This document shows, piece by piece, positions 26,311 to 38,400 of a stretch of 64,000 nt of DNA. Every line of letters starts with the position of its first letter. The stretch's first letter is position 1. The DNA lies in NCBI GenBank assembly GCA_047967505.1, contig CM106538.1; one strand, given 5' to 3'. This stretch comes from Dipteris shenzhenensis (taxonomy: Eukaryota). The notes under the pieces were generated by a model. It was given only the letters and a program-made list of their open reading frames with translations, ran no database searches and was not told where the DNA came from. A program made the position numbers and the translations under genes.

Positions 26311-29300
26311 ATTGCTGAAAATCACGGGTCCATGTAATGCATCTAGCAAATCATCAATCCGAGCCATCGGATACCTGTGCTTAACAGTGATATTATTCAA
26401 TGCTCTGTAATCTATACAGAGGCGAAACGTATCATCCTTTTTCCTCTTTAATATCACTGGCGAAGCAAAAGGTGAGAAACTTGGTTGAATCTGCCCCAAC
26501 TTGAGGTATTCTTCCAGTTGTCTACGCACCTCCGCTTCTTCAGCAAAACTCATTCTATAAGGAGGTCTATTTACAGGTTCTGCCCCCGGGATCAGTTCAA
26601 TTTTATGTTGAACTTTCCGCTCTGGAGGTAACCCATAAGGTAGTTCATCCCTAAAACATTCAGAGAACTCCTCTGTTATAAGATTAGCCAGCTTGGCCAT
26701 CTCACCACTTTGCGTAACATCAGTGCTAGTCGAAGAATCATCCACCGACTCTACCGATGCTGTGCAAAGGTACAAAAACTCTACTTGAGCCTTTCTGATT
26801 TCCATCACGGAAACCAACGGTCCCTGAGGTATATCTTTTTCACCTCGCAAGACATAAAGCACATCATTCATCTTGAATTGATATACGTGCTTTTTCCAAT
26901 CAATGGCTGGATTCTTCCTAGAACGCCACGCCATTCCCAGGGCTATATCCGCATGAGCAAGCTTGGTCATTTCAAAATCAAGCTTCTCAGCATAGTCCTG
27001 AATCCGAAGCTCCAACTGGGTAACCCTTTGGTCCCATACTTCAGTTGAACTTCCATCTGCCATCCTAACTGTATACGCATAGTCAGATGGACTTGTCTTT
27101 AATTTCAGCCTCTTCACGAGCTTGGAGTTAATCACATTGTGAGTTGACGCTGAGTCAAACAACAAAATGACATCATGACTGGCCACTTGCCCTTTCATTT
27201 TAATTAACTCCGTATCATTGAAGGCTGTATACCCCGTTGCTGCGGGCTTAGATAGGATGTTATCAGGTGCACTCGTCACTAACTTAGCAACAGACACACA
27301 GAACAAACAAGGTACTAACCTCTGAGAAGATCCCGCTAGCTGAATCTGCATCTCTTCCGCTCTGGGACTTCCCTGCATCTCCACGTCGCACTCTGAGATC
27401 ACCATCTCAGCCATCCGACGATCTTTATTACGTGGACAATCTCTCCACTGATGAGGTTGAAGGCAACCAAAGCACAAGCCTTCTCTCCTCGCTTTTTCCC
27501 TCTGTTCTGGGTTCAAGGGAGATTTAGACCAAGCCCAGGCTGCCATTGGGGTTACTTTCCTCTTCACTCCAATGGTGGTACTTGGTTTAGGAGTTTCAGC
27601 CGGTCTCGCCTGCTTGGCTTGACCACTCGGCTGCGAACCACTCCCTCTACTAGCCCACTTCTTCTTAAACCCAGCTTTCTTCGGATACCCATACTGGGTT
27701 CCGACCTGTGCAAACCCACTTGGCTTGCTGCCCTTGGCATCCTCGTAGTTCAGGGCTATAGCTATTGCATCATCTAGCGTGTTCGCGTACTAAGCCCGAA
27801 CTTCCATTTTTATTCGATCATTCAATCCAAATATGAAATCTTTCACTTGGATTGATTGAGGCAGGGGTTCATCAACCTTCATTACACTCTCTCGAAACTT
27901 ATCAGTGTATTCTGCCACTGATAAATTTCTCTAACGAAGGTTCCTATATTGATCCCAAGCTCGGGATGCTTCGTCAGGAGGTAAGAAGTGTTTCCTGAAC
28001 TCTCTTTTAAACCCCTCCCAGGTAGTGGATGCTATGCCATCTTTTTGTTGTTTAATCCACCACCGATCCGCTGCCTCACTGAACATGTGGGTGGCCTCGC
28101 GGATCTTTTTGATGTCATTTCTGATTTCACAAATGGCGAACGCCTCGTTCCATTTGTGTCACCAGGTCTCAATGACATCGGAGCTACGGTCGTTCATCCG
28201 GCCGGAATACTTTTCCGGTCTGTAATTCGCAATATTTGGCACTTTAGCCTTCCTAGGCTCGACCGTATGGACACTAGACTCCAGTTCCATTGGAGCCTTT
28301 CCCTTCTCTTCTCGAGAAGGTCTGGCAGACATACTCTGTAACGCTCTCCTAAGTTCAGATTGCCCTGCGTTGGCTTGTAATTGCTGCGCTAACAACTGTT
28401 GCAAGGCATCCTCCAGCAATGCAATCCTGCCAGATAAAGTGTGAGCTACTGGGCGCGATCCCTGCTGGGTCGGCCGGACTCCTGACTCACCAGGGTCCCT
28501 TCTGGAAGCCCCTTCTTCTGCTTCCATTCAGTTCAATAGGTGTTTTGTTTTGGGTTTTTTTTTTTTTTTTTTAAAACACCTCTAGAACACTGTATTCACA
28601 AGAAGCTGACACAATTCAGTGTACTGACACTCTGACACAATTCCCTATACTAGGGAATACCTGCAATCCCACATGTACACTGACTAGGCATTTGACACAT
28701 GCATAACCCAAATAGCGCTTTTCCCTATACTAGGGAAATTCCTGCAAACTAACTCTGACTGAAGCACACAGGCATATGCACAGGCATAATCTGTCCCTGC
28801 TATAAACCACAAGTCTATATATGGACTAGCTATCCCTTTATGCACACTGCAACCCACAAACTGAATCTGTTTCTAACAAAACAGAAATGACAGAAACAAA
28901 AGGGAAAATGGGTAAAGTGCTCCCTGGTCTATAAATTCGACATTATGGAGTCCCTAAAGCCTGCTCTCTGATCACTTCAGATCAGCCCGTCGCGTGGAGA
29001 TCAGGTCAGCCCGTGTTTCGTCAGGTCAGCCCGTATTTCGTCAGGTTAGCCCTTCGCGTGGAGGTCAAGAGCCCAATTCTGTTCGTCGTCAGCACGCTGC
29101 ACAGCTTCGTTGCGATCAACGATAGCAATTGTCACACCTGCGCTCCACCCCTTAGACGCCTGCGTGTCCCACTCCATGCACGTCACCTTTCCGCGCCTGG
29201 CCTGAGCTTCCCATTGAGATTACGGGAGCGCCATCAATCACGAGCATCGTCAGCAGCTTCGTCGTTACGTCACCTCACCACCTATCTCCAGACTTGCAGT

Positions 29301-29963
29301 CCGTCGCTGCCTTACGGGACCCCCAAGCAACGACTCACAGCGGGAAGGTTGTCGACAAACCTTCCGTCCGTCATAGCGTAGCACCGACACTAGTCGTCGT
29401 CAGCCACTCGGGCTGTCTAAGCCTGTACCTTGAATTCACGCCTCTCTTCTTCGTAGCCTTGAGCTCTGATCTTGTTCGCTCCTGTGATAAGCTGTCAGCC
29501 TAGAGCGCAAAATTTCCTCCGCAGGTCTTTCAATTCACGCTCACGTTGGGCTTCTCGTCCAAACCCACAGATCCCTTCTAGATTTTTTTTTCCCGCCAAC
29601 CTTACAGCTCTGATACCAATTATCACACACTCTCTCTGTTTGTTCTCTAATTCGATCACGGGAGTAGCACCATTTATTTCCTCCCAGCCATATTTCGCTA
29701 AGGCTAACGAGCAGACAGAGATCTACGTTACAAAAATCACATGAATCATTATCTTCTCTTCTCTCACTAGCCTCAGTAAACCCCAATTCCCTAGATAGAT
29801 CTAGATGCCACATGTCATCCATATAGGGCCTTCCTAATGCAACATTTCACCCCTCTCTTCGGATGCATTAAATTCCTTGCCCCTAGGCACAATCTTAGCA
29901 CTAGGCCCTTGGTCTTAGATCTGTCTAGTCTGGTGCTATCAGCCCTCACCTAGGACCTTGACA
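26311..29963 (-). mobile_element. Ty3/gypsy element C: 5' LTR 29621-29963, PBS 29607-29618, gag, protease, RT N-terminus; 3' half missing
   Basis: PBS gctctgatacca. Gag MEAEEG..PEKYSG (stop at 28159). Knuckle CFGCLQPHQWRDC, protease [37 protein letters not shown]. Confidence 0.9.
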
Positions 29964-31319
29964 TTAAATCCCTCCCGATCATTTACATGAAGCGCAAACA
30001 CATATATTACAGAGATAGATCCTTTAAGGGAAATGTCGACTGATTCTTCCGAGGTCATGCTACCTCGGCTAGAGCGTAACAGTTGTGCTTCCTATGTGGT
30101 GTGTGTGGTGTGGCTAAGCGTGGGGTGGCAATAGTGAAGAATAGGTATGTGTGATCAGCTCCTGGAGGGAGTGGTGCTACAGTGAAGTCGGTTGTCAATC
30201 TTTTTGCATCCATTTCCAATTCCAATTCCTTAACTTTAGCTTCTGCAGCACACCAAATAGTTCACTTCAAGCTCTACTTCCACTTTCAAGGTCTAGACTC
30301 TTGAATCCAACAATGTTCACGCACAAGACTTCCAATTGTTCACTTTTTTGGCATCATGATGACCTCATGGTGCCATCTTCATTACAAAAACACTCTGCAA
30401 ACACTTGCAAACACTCTCTCTCTTGCTCTCCCTCTCTCTACGGATAACTAGGACCCAAGACAATCGTCGGGCTGGACCCCCCCGAAGGTTTTTATTCATC
30501 AAGAGAATCTGAGTACAAAAGTTCAACATAAAGTTGCCTACAGTCCTAGGACTCTAGGACCACACACACTAGGACTCCGATTTCAACACTTGAAGCTCTT
30601 GGAAAATGAATTCACATTTTGAATTTGCAACCCTATAGTTGTGTGTGTGTGAAGAGTCTTGAGGCCACTTGTGCCACCTCATGTGGTAGATGTGATTCCT
30701 CACCTAGATTATAGGATCTAGATTCTCTTGTGTGTGACCTCATCTATGAGGTGTCTATGTGAGAAGATAAGGCTTGCCCAGCCTATAAAAGAGGCTATGT
30801 ACTTGCTGTGTTTTAATCTCATCAATCAATCCACATCAGTTCGTGCCTCAGCTCGTCTCCAATCATGTGTCTCTCACCTTCTCCCCGAATTCAACAGTTG
30901 GTATCAGAGCCATGCTGAAGCATCCTGCCCATCCTTCGTTGCCATGCGCCACTCTGCTACCGCCTCTGTTCGCTCTTCTACTAGCCCACGTTGGTGCTCC
31001 CGCTTCTGCTCTACGCTGCGCCATTCTGCCCACTATCTCCTACGCTGCGCCATTCTGCCCGCTACCTTTAGCCTCTCTCGCAACTGCTCCCTCGCTCAAC
31101 GCTGATGGTGCCTCAAACTCCGGACCTTCAGTTTACACTACCTCCAGCGGAAGCGTGGTGAGCTGCTGACTGAGAAGATGCCCGCAACTGCATAAAGGAG
31201 CTGATCTACATTGACATGTGCTACGGCTGGACTGTTGCACCGTAAAACCTGACCTCTGTAGCTATTGTACAATCTGCCGTACTGCCGTACGATTTGCCGT
31301 ACAGCAGGCCCGTACCAAA

Positions 31320-31433
31320 CAGCCTCGAAATCTGCGCCACTGCAAATCAGCCGTACAGCCTCGAAATCTGCGCCACTTCAAATCAGCCGTACAGCCTCGA
31401 AATCTGCGCCACTTCAAATCAGCCGTACAGCCT
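31320..31433 (+). repeat. 36-bp tandem repeat x3 in copia leader
   Basis: Unit cagcctcgaaatctgcgccacttcaaatcagccgta, head-to-tail with no spacers. Confidence 0.95.
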
Positions 31434-31641
31434 ATACGGCTTGCCTGCCGTACGACTACACCTGCAGCATACAATCTTCCGTACAACCCTAACCCAAAAA
31501 TTTAGGGCTTTTCTGCCCTATGTCTTCCTTTAGCATAATTGAAGCTTCTACCATGTAAAATTTGGGCCTTTCTTGAAATTTGAGTAAACATTGTAAGGGA
31601 TTTAGACAACGGCTGTAATAACAGCTAAGACCTTCCCACCA

Positions 31642-32419
31642 ATGGATAGCATAAAAAACTCCTCGTTCATCGAGAAATTCTCAGGGAGCAATTTCCCAAC
31701 TTGGCAGACAAAACTCCGGCTTCTTCTTATGCGAGAAGGCATATGGAATATCACCAATGGCAAGGAGCCAAAACCGCAAAGAGATGATGCTAGAATCAGT
31801 TGGTGGGAGAACCAAAATGATAAAGCAATGGCTATCATTGACCTAGCTTTAGCTGACAACCTTATCCACCATGTGGATTTTGATAAGACAGCAAACGATG
31901 TTTGGGAAAAGTTAGAGAATTTGTTTGGAAATAAGATCAATAATTCCAAAGTATTTCTCAAACAAAAATTCTTCAAGCTCAAGATGAAGGAAACAGAAAC
32001 CCTCAATGAACACTTGAGCAATCTTGGGTCAATTCTCCAACAATTATCTGCCATCCGAGCCATTGTTGAAGATAATGATCAAGTTGCTGTACTTCTCTCC
32101 AGTATTGAAGACATTTCCAAGTACAATGAGATCCTTGATGTCCTAAGAGTCAGCCGCAATATGAGCTTTAAGGATATGGTAGCGCATCTCATTGATGAGG
32201 ACCGTAGGCTTACAGAGAAAGCAGAATCTTCCTTCGAATCTGGCAAAGCATTCTTTCTCAAGAATAAGCCCAAGAAGAACGGAAAACCTCTTAAATGTAA
32301 TTACTGTCAGAAACTTGGCCATCCAGAGGATTGTTGCTTCAAGAAATGGGCAAAGGTACAAGCCAAAGAACATGCCAATCTGGTTGCAGAGCGGAGTGAG
32401 GATAAAGATGATGAAGCTA
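31642..32419 (+). CDS. Copia-type Gag with CCHC zinc knuckle
   Basis: IEKFSGSNFPTWQTKL, KTANDVWEKLENLF, CNYCQKLGHPEDCC. Uninterrupted up to the inversion breakpoint at ~32420. Confidence 0.88.
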
Positions 32420-35400
32420 CACCACAATGTAAATATTCTAAGTCAAAGTACAGTTAACCATTTATCTGATCATAATTAAAGAGTTTTCATGTGTTAACTA
32501 TGGTCAAAGAGTTCTTTTAATGGTCAAAGAATTGACTACAATTAAAGATACTTGACTCTGGTCAAGTTAGCCTGACTTTAATTGGGGAGACTTGGTTTAT
32601 TACCAAGAGGGTTAACTGCGGTTAACCAAAGAACCACAGAGCTGACTACTGTCAGAGAGTGTTTACTTCGGTCAATGAGACTCGGCATGCACCAAGAGCT
32701 TTAACTACAGTTAACCAAGTTGTGCCAGCTTCGGTTGGAGAGACTTGGCCATAATTAAGGCGCCACAACCATTGGTTAGAGCCCCTTAATTATGACCAAG
32801 AGGGTTGACTTCAGTCGACCAAGAATTGTGTTCTATGTTCTGTTCACATGTTTGTTCAGTGGGAACGCCCACCTGTGACTAGGATTAGTCCACAGTTTAT
32901 TATTTGCATGCAAAGCGCTAACAATCAATGGGTGCCATGGTGGTGAGTCCTATGAGGGGCTAAAAACCCAAGTAATTTGGAGCGTAGCGAGTATTTTGGA
33001 GGCCACCCGTGTGACCAAGTGCTATGAAGACCCCAGAAATTGTCCTTAGAGGCATGTAATAGGACTTAGTCTAGATTTTAGCCAAGTGGCATGTTGCCAT
33101 TTTGGAATGAGCTTGATGTTGAATTCGGGGAGAAGGTGAGAGACACATGATTGGAGACGAGCTGAGGCACGAACTGATGTGGATTGATTGATGAGATTAA
33201 AACACAGCAAGTACATAGCCTCTTTTATAGGTTGGGCAAGCCTTATCTTCTCATACAGACACCTCATAGATGAGGTCACACACAAGAGAATCTAGATCCT
33301 CTAATCTTGGTGAGGAATCACATCTACCACATGAGGTGGCACAAGTGGCCTCAAGACTCTTCACACACACACAACTATAGGACACTCCTAGGACTCTAGG
33401 ACCACACACACTCCCCTTCGGAGCTAGGGTGAGAGACTATGACATCATCCAGACTGTGCATCCCAGGCAATCTCAGAGGCTAACAGCTGAGCATAATTCA
33501 GAGGTTGAACTAAGCACTCTCATGGCTTAGGTGTCAACGTGATCAGAGACTTAAATCTGAGCATGGATGCATGACCAACTCATAGGTCTAGGGAGTACAC
33601 CAACATCGTGGAACTTGGCCAGGCCTGATAAAGGAAAGACATAACAACCCCCCCCTGTCTCCTAACTTGGTACATGGAAATAAGTGGAGCCTTTTATAGG
33701 ACAAGGTACACAAAATGACAAATTATTACATCATTTTAGGGAGACTACCCAAGGCAGAGTACCTAACACACATGACTTATAGAAAGCCCACTCTTCATCT
33801 ATCACTTCATGGAGGGATAGACCAGAAATATCAGCAGTGTTGTAGGCTTGTTCCTCAGGTCCAGAAGGTGACATCCCCTCGGCTTCTATTCAGTTGACCT
33901 CAACTGAAAAGCTTCCAGACTTTGGTGATCTATTTTAACTGTAAAATCTGCACCCAAAAGCTAATGCTTCCATGTATGGATGGCATGAATTACAACCAAT
34001 AACTCTTTCTCATAGATTCCCACATATCTCTCTGCATCCCGGATTCTCCTGCTCTCATAAGCCACTACATGACCATTCTGATGCAATGCAGCCCCAACAC
34101 ATTCCCCACAAGCATCACAATCGACATCAAATGGCTGATACAAATCTGGAACTATTAAGATTGGCTCTATGGTCAGCCTTTCTTTGAGTGTGGTGAATGT
34201 TGTCTTTTGTGGAATTCCCCATCTGAAAGCTGCATTTTTCTAAGTAAGATCGTGGAGTGGAGCGGCTATATCCGCAAAATGCCTGATAAATCTTCTGTAG
34301 TAAGAACACAGGCCTAGGAAACTTCGAACTTCATCCACAGTTTTCAGCTCTGGCCATTCCTGAATGGCACAAATCTTTTCCGGATCCATCCGTATCCCAT
34401 CTTTGGATATTATATGCCCCAAGTAATGGATTTCTTCCAAGAAGAATTCACTTTTCTTGCTGTTTGCATAGAGCTGATGATTTCTCAGCTCTTGAAACAC
34501 TATAGCAAGATGTTCCTTGTGCTCTTCTTCGAAGAAGGTACCAGTGAACTGTCTGTAGGGTCAGAAGATATGATACATCATCCTATTGAAAGTAGCTGGG
34601 GCATTTGTCAATCCAAAAGGCATCACCAGATACTCATCCAACCCAAAAGTAGTGCGAAACGCTGTCTTGTGCACATCCTGAGGCTATATCCTCAGTTGGT
34701 GATAGCCACTCTTTAGGTCTATCTTGCTGAAAACTAAAGCTCCATTTAACTGATCCAACACATCATCAATGTGCGGAATAGGAAATCTATTCTTGATGGT
34801 CATTTTATTCAATGCGCGGTAATCGATGCACATACGGAATGAGCCATCGTTCTTCTGTACTAGTAGTACAAGGGAACAAAAAGGAGAAGAATTGGGCTGA
34901 ATCAGCCCCTTGGACAACAAGTCCTGGACTTGAGTCATAATCTCCTCTCGTTGAGTTGCACTAACTTTGTATGGGGGCCTATTGGGTGGCTCGCTGCCAA
35001 GAATGAGTTCTATGCCATGATCCTCATGTCTCTCACTGAAATTTATTCAGATCTGCCTCACTTATTTCAGCATATATTTCCATATCTTTCTCTTTTACAA
35101 AAACCATGTAAGCTGAAACTGTAGACTTTATTTCTTTTCCAACATAACTATTTGATACAATGGGAATAGTTTCCCCTCTATTCCTAGCAACCACACGATG
35201 TCCTTTGCCCCTATGTACAAACTCTAGCACTCTTTCAGGAAGAGTCAACTTCACTCCCTTGCAATGAAACCGAGGCATACCCAAAACTACATCATGATGT
35301 TTCAGTGGAGAAATGAAGAAGTCTTCCTAATCCACATAACTATGTACATGAAGACGGAGCTTCCCTATCAAGGGAGTGACTGGCACATGGTTCCCACAGA

Positions 35401-38400
35401 ACATCTGATCGGCATCCAAAGCCCTGCCCAACTCCTCCGTCTTTAATCCCAGCCTCAAGGCTAGATCCTCTGATATAAAGTTATCTATAGCCCCTGGATC
35501 AAATAAAATCAGCACTTGCTGGTCTCTGACTTTGCCCCATGATAGCAGCAATTCTCATTCTTCTAGGTTTGAAACATGATCCAGTATGTCAGGAATTCCT
35601 CCTGCCATTGGCTTTTGCAGTCCCCGTGGCTTCTCTGCATCTTTTCCCTTCGAAGTTGAAGGCTTTTCTGGGCACAGGGCAGCCACATGCCCCTCTTTGC
35701 CGCACCTGAAGCATTTACCCTCTTTCCTGAAAGTTTCAATTTGTTCAGGGTCTGCCCTTATAGGGCTTTTGAAAACTTGGTTTCCCCTAGGCCTGAGGCT
35801 GAAATCCCCTCTTCTCAGCCTTGGAAAACTCTCTTCTTTCAAACTTGGGGGTCGCTGGCTTTTTATCCCCCATTAATCCTGCATGTAGTGAAGGTACACT
35901 AGTAGAATCCTGCATGTATATGAGACTAGCCACATTGGCTGAATGCATAAGATCTGATATTTCTTTAATATCTTTGGTGTTTACTTGGGCCTGTATCTTT
36001 GGAGTGAGTCCTACCTTGTACTTTTTGAGTTGAGTCTTGTTAGAAATATTCTTGAAAGGCGAAACCTGCAAGTATGCGTCCCAAAATTTCTGGTTGTAAG
36101 ACTCAACTGTATCTTGTGCTTCCATATGAATGCTCGCCCAACCCAGAAGGACATGATCCCAAAATTGTTTTGGAATAAACTGTTTATAGAAAGCTTTCTT
36201 AAAGTCCTTCCATTTCTTGGGGGCTACATAGTTGGCTGTTTTAGCTATCCACCATGTACTGGCTATACCAGTCAAGTGTAAACCAACCATACGAAGCTTT
36301 GAGGATTCACTGAAATTTTCCAAGCTGAAGGCAGCATCAAACTGCCTTATGAACTGCATAGCCTTTTCAACTTGACCATACTAGCCATTGTAAGTGGCAA
36401 ATCTTACCGACTTCCCACCGTCCTTGAATTCTTTAGTCTCTGCCTTCCTGTTGGAATTCTTCTTCTTCTTCTTCTTCCTTTTTTTCTTCTTTAACTCTAA
36501 AGATCCCGAAGAAGGAGGTGATGTCGAGGATGAAGAGGTAGAGCTAGAAGATGCAGACGAACTCGATGAACTGTGATGATACTTCGCCTTCTTCTTCTTG
36601 CGAAGAGAACCTGCTCTTTTCCTCTTTTTACCCACCACTTCTTCCTAATCTTCTCCAAAGGGAGGCTTCTCCGGCTTTCCCTCAAAAAGAGGTTGTACCA
36701 TCCTGCGAAACAAGGGATCGCTTGTTGCCTCTCCCAACTGAGTAATCAACTCTCTAAAGGCATTCTCTTTATTTATCTGTACAGCCTCAGCTTGCTGTAC
36801 CTGGTTAGACTCTGTCATTCCCTCATGGGATGATTGGGCATGCTGTTGTGAAGCCATCTCTGCAACTTGTCTGAGATCTACAACTCTCACACACACTGTG
36901 TATGCAACTGATGCACTCAGCCTTTGCTTTCCCAAAAGAAATACCTCAACAAGAGGTGTATTGAATTCACAATTTGTACCAGTAACGGGCTGTCAGCCCA
37001 AAGCATGAACTCAAAAAACTGTATGCTTCTTTTCTGGCTATTGCAAATGAACTCAAAACTGTATGCCTTTGAGCAGTGAAAAAGGGGAAAAACAGATCCA
37101 TTGTGAGTGTGCAAATCTCTGATTTCTCTGCTTTTCTGCTGTTTTTCTGACAGGAAAAAGTCTGACAGATAAGTGAAAATTGATGGCCAAAACTGTCTCT
37201 GCAACTCTTTTTTTTTTCGTGGACAGTAACTGGATGGTTAACTGGCTGGTTACACTAACCAGACTAGTTCTGTTCTGGTTTGGTTGGCTCCCAACTGAAC
37301 TCAACCCACTGTGGTCTGGTTAACCAGTAATAGTCTGGTTAACTATACCCAGAGTGAGTTGGTCAAACCTGGTTCCAGTCTAGTTTAGTTAGGCCAACTA
37401 ATTGGACCTCTGACCAGAGTCCAGCTAACCAAAGTTACACTAACCACGGGTTAGCCACCTGTCTGCCACGTGTCAGTGCCACGTCAGCATCTGAGCTGGC
37501 TGCCACGTGTACTGCCACCTCAGCAAGCCCTAGCTATGTGCCACGTGTCATGTGCATATGCCACATCATCAATACAGCTACCTACCACGTCAGCACACTT
37601 TGCTTGCCTGTGTGCCACGTGTCCAGATCACATGTCCTCTGTCAAAAAAATGACCCTTGCATTTTCTCACAGCCCGCGCCGGTGATCTCCGTCGGCATCT
37701 CTATCAAATAACACGCCTGCGCCTTCGTGAGAAAGTCACTATGCGTTAAGGTGTCTCCGCACGTTAAAATCATTGACACCATCCTCCGTCAGATGCTGCC
37801 ATCGACCTCAATTCCATGTGCACCAACCTTGAGAAAGAGTCTCCGGTCGCTAAGGTTACAGAAAGCTGATTGCTGGGGTTGAACAGAGGCGGAATCGTAG
37901 AGGGTAATGGAACTGCGCTTCAACGCAAATTTCCTTTGCCCCCCCTCTTGCGTACACCTTAAGCTCAACGAAGCCTCCGTGGTTATGCAACTGGCTCAGC
38001 TCTTCTGGTTGACGTTACTTCAACGATAGAGAAAAATAGAATAAAAGTCGACCATCTTTGGAGCAACACCAATAGCCGGTCACGTTGCTAATTTCGTGCA
38101 CAGCCTATTTCCACGTCAATTGCTTGCTATCGCACGAGAAATAGGCAGCGCTTCTTCCAGTGCACCAGCCCTCAACATAGATCTTTACTCCTATACTCAC
38201 ATGTCATCTGAAAACCTCCATCAGAGACATCGCGTAGACATTTCCTTCGCCATTAGCATGGCCTTCATGCAAGCTTTTGGGACGGCCATTCATTACCGTT
38301 GTTTCATCCTATTCTCACGTTTTTCCTCAGACCACCCCTGCCTTTAAAGGCAGCGAACCAAAGCTCTGATACCAATGCAATCTTCATTAACAAAACACTC

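Larger units (their letters stand above)
30541..33867 (+). mobile_element. Gag-only Ty1/copia element inserted in the gypsy-E 3' LTR (5-bp TSD tcaag), later scrambled by inversions
   Basis: LTR 30632-30896 and its reverse complement at 33117-33381. PBS 30899-30910. cttga abuts both outer LTR ends (30589-30593, 33112-33116). PPT-like gaaggggag on the minus strand at ~33411-33419. Confidence 0.88.

Noticed and set aside
31320-31433. CRISPR-like 36-bp repeats
   Set aside because: Head-to-tail units without unique spacers, inside a retrotransposon leader in eukaryotic DNA, with no cas genes.
30632-33381. DIRS-like or TIR element suggested by 265-bp inverted terminal repeats
   Set aside because: No tyrosine recombinase or transposase is present. 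The TSD, PBS, PPT and gag continuity show ordinary direct LTRs secondarily inverted.
36381-36638. Stand-alone Ser/Lys-rich nuclear protein
   Set aside because: It is the low-complexity N-terminal part of gypsy-E gag; an equivalent tract is present in gypsy D at 63800-64000.
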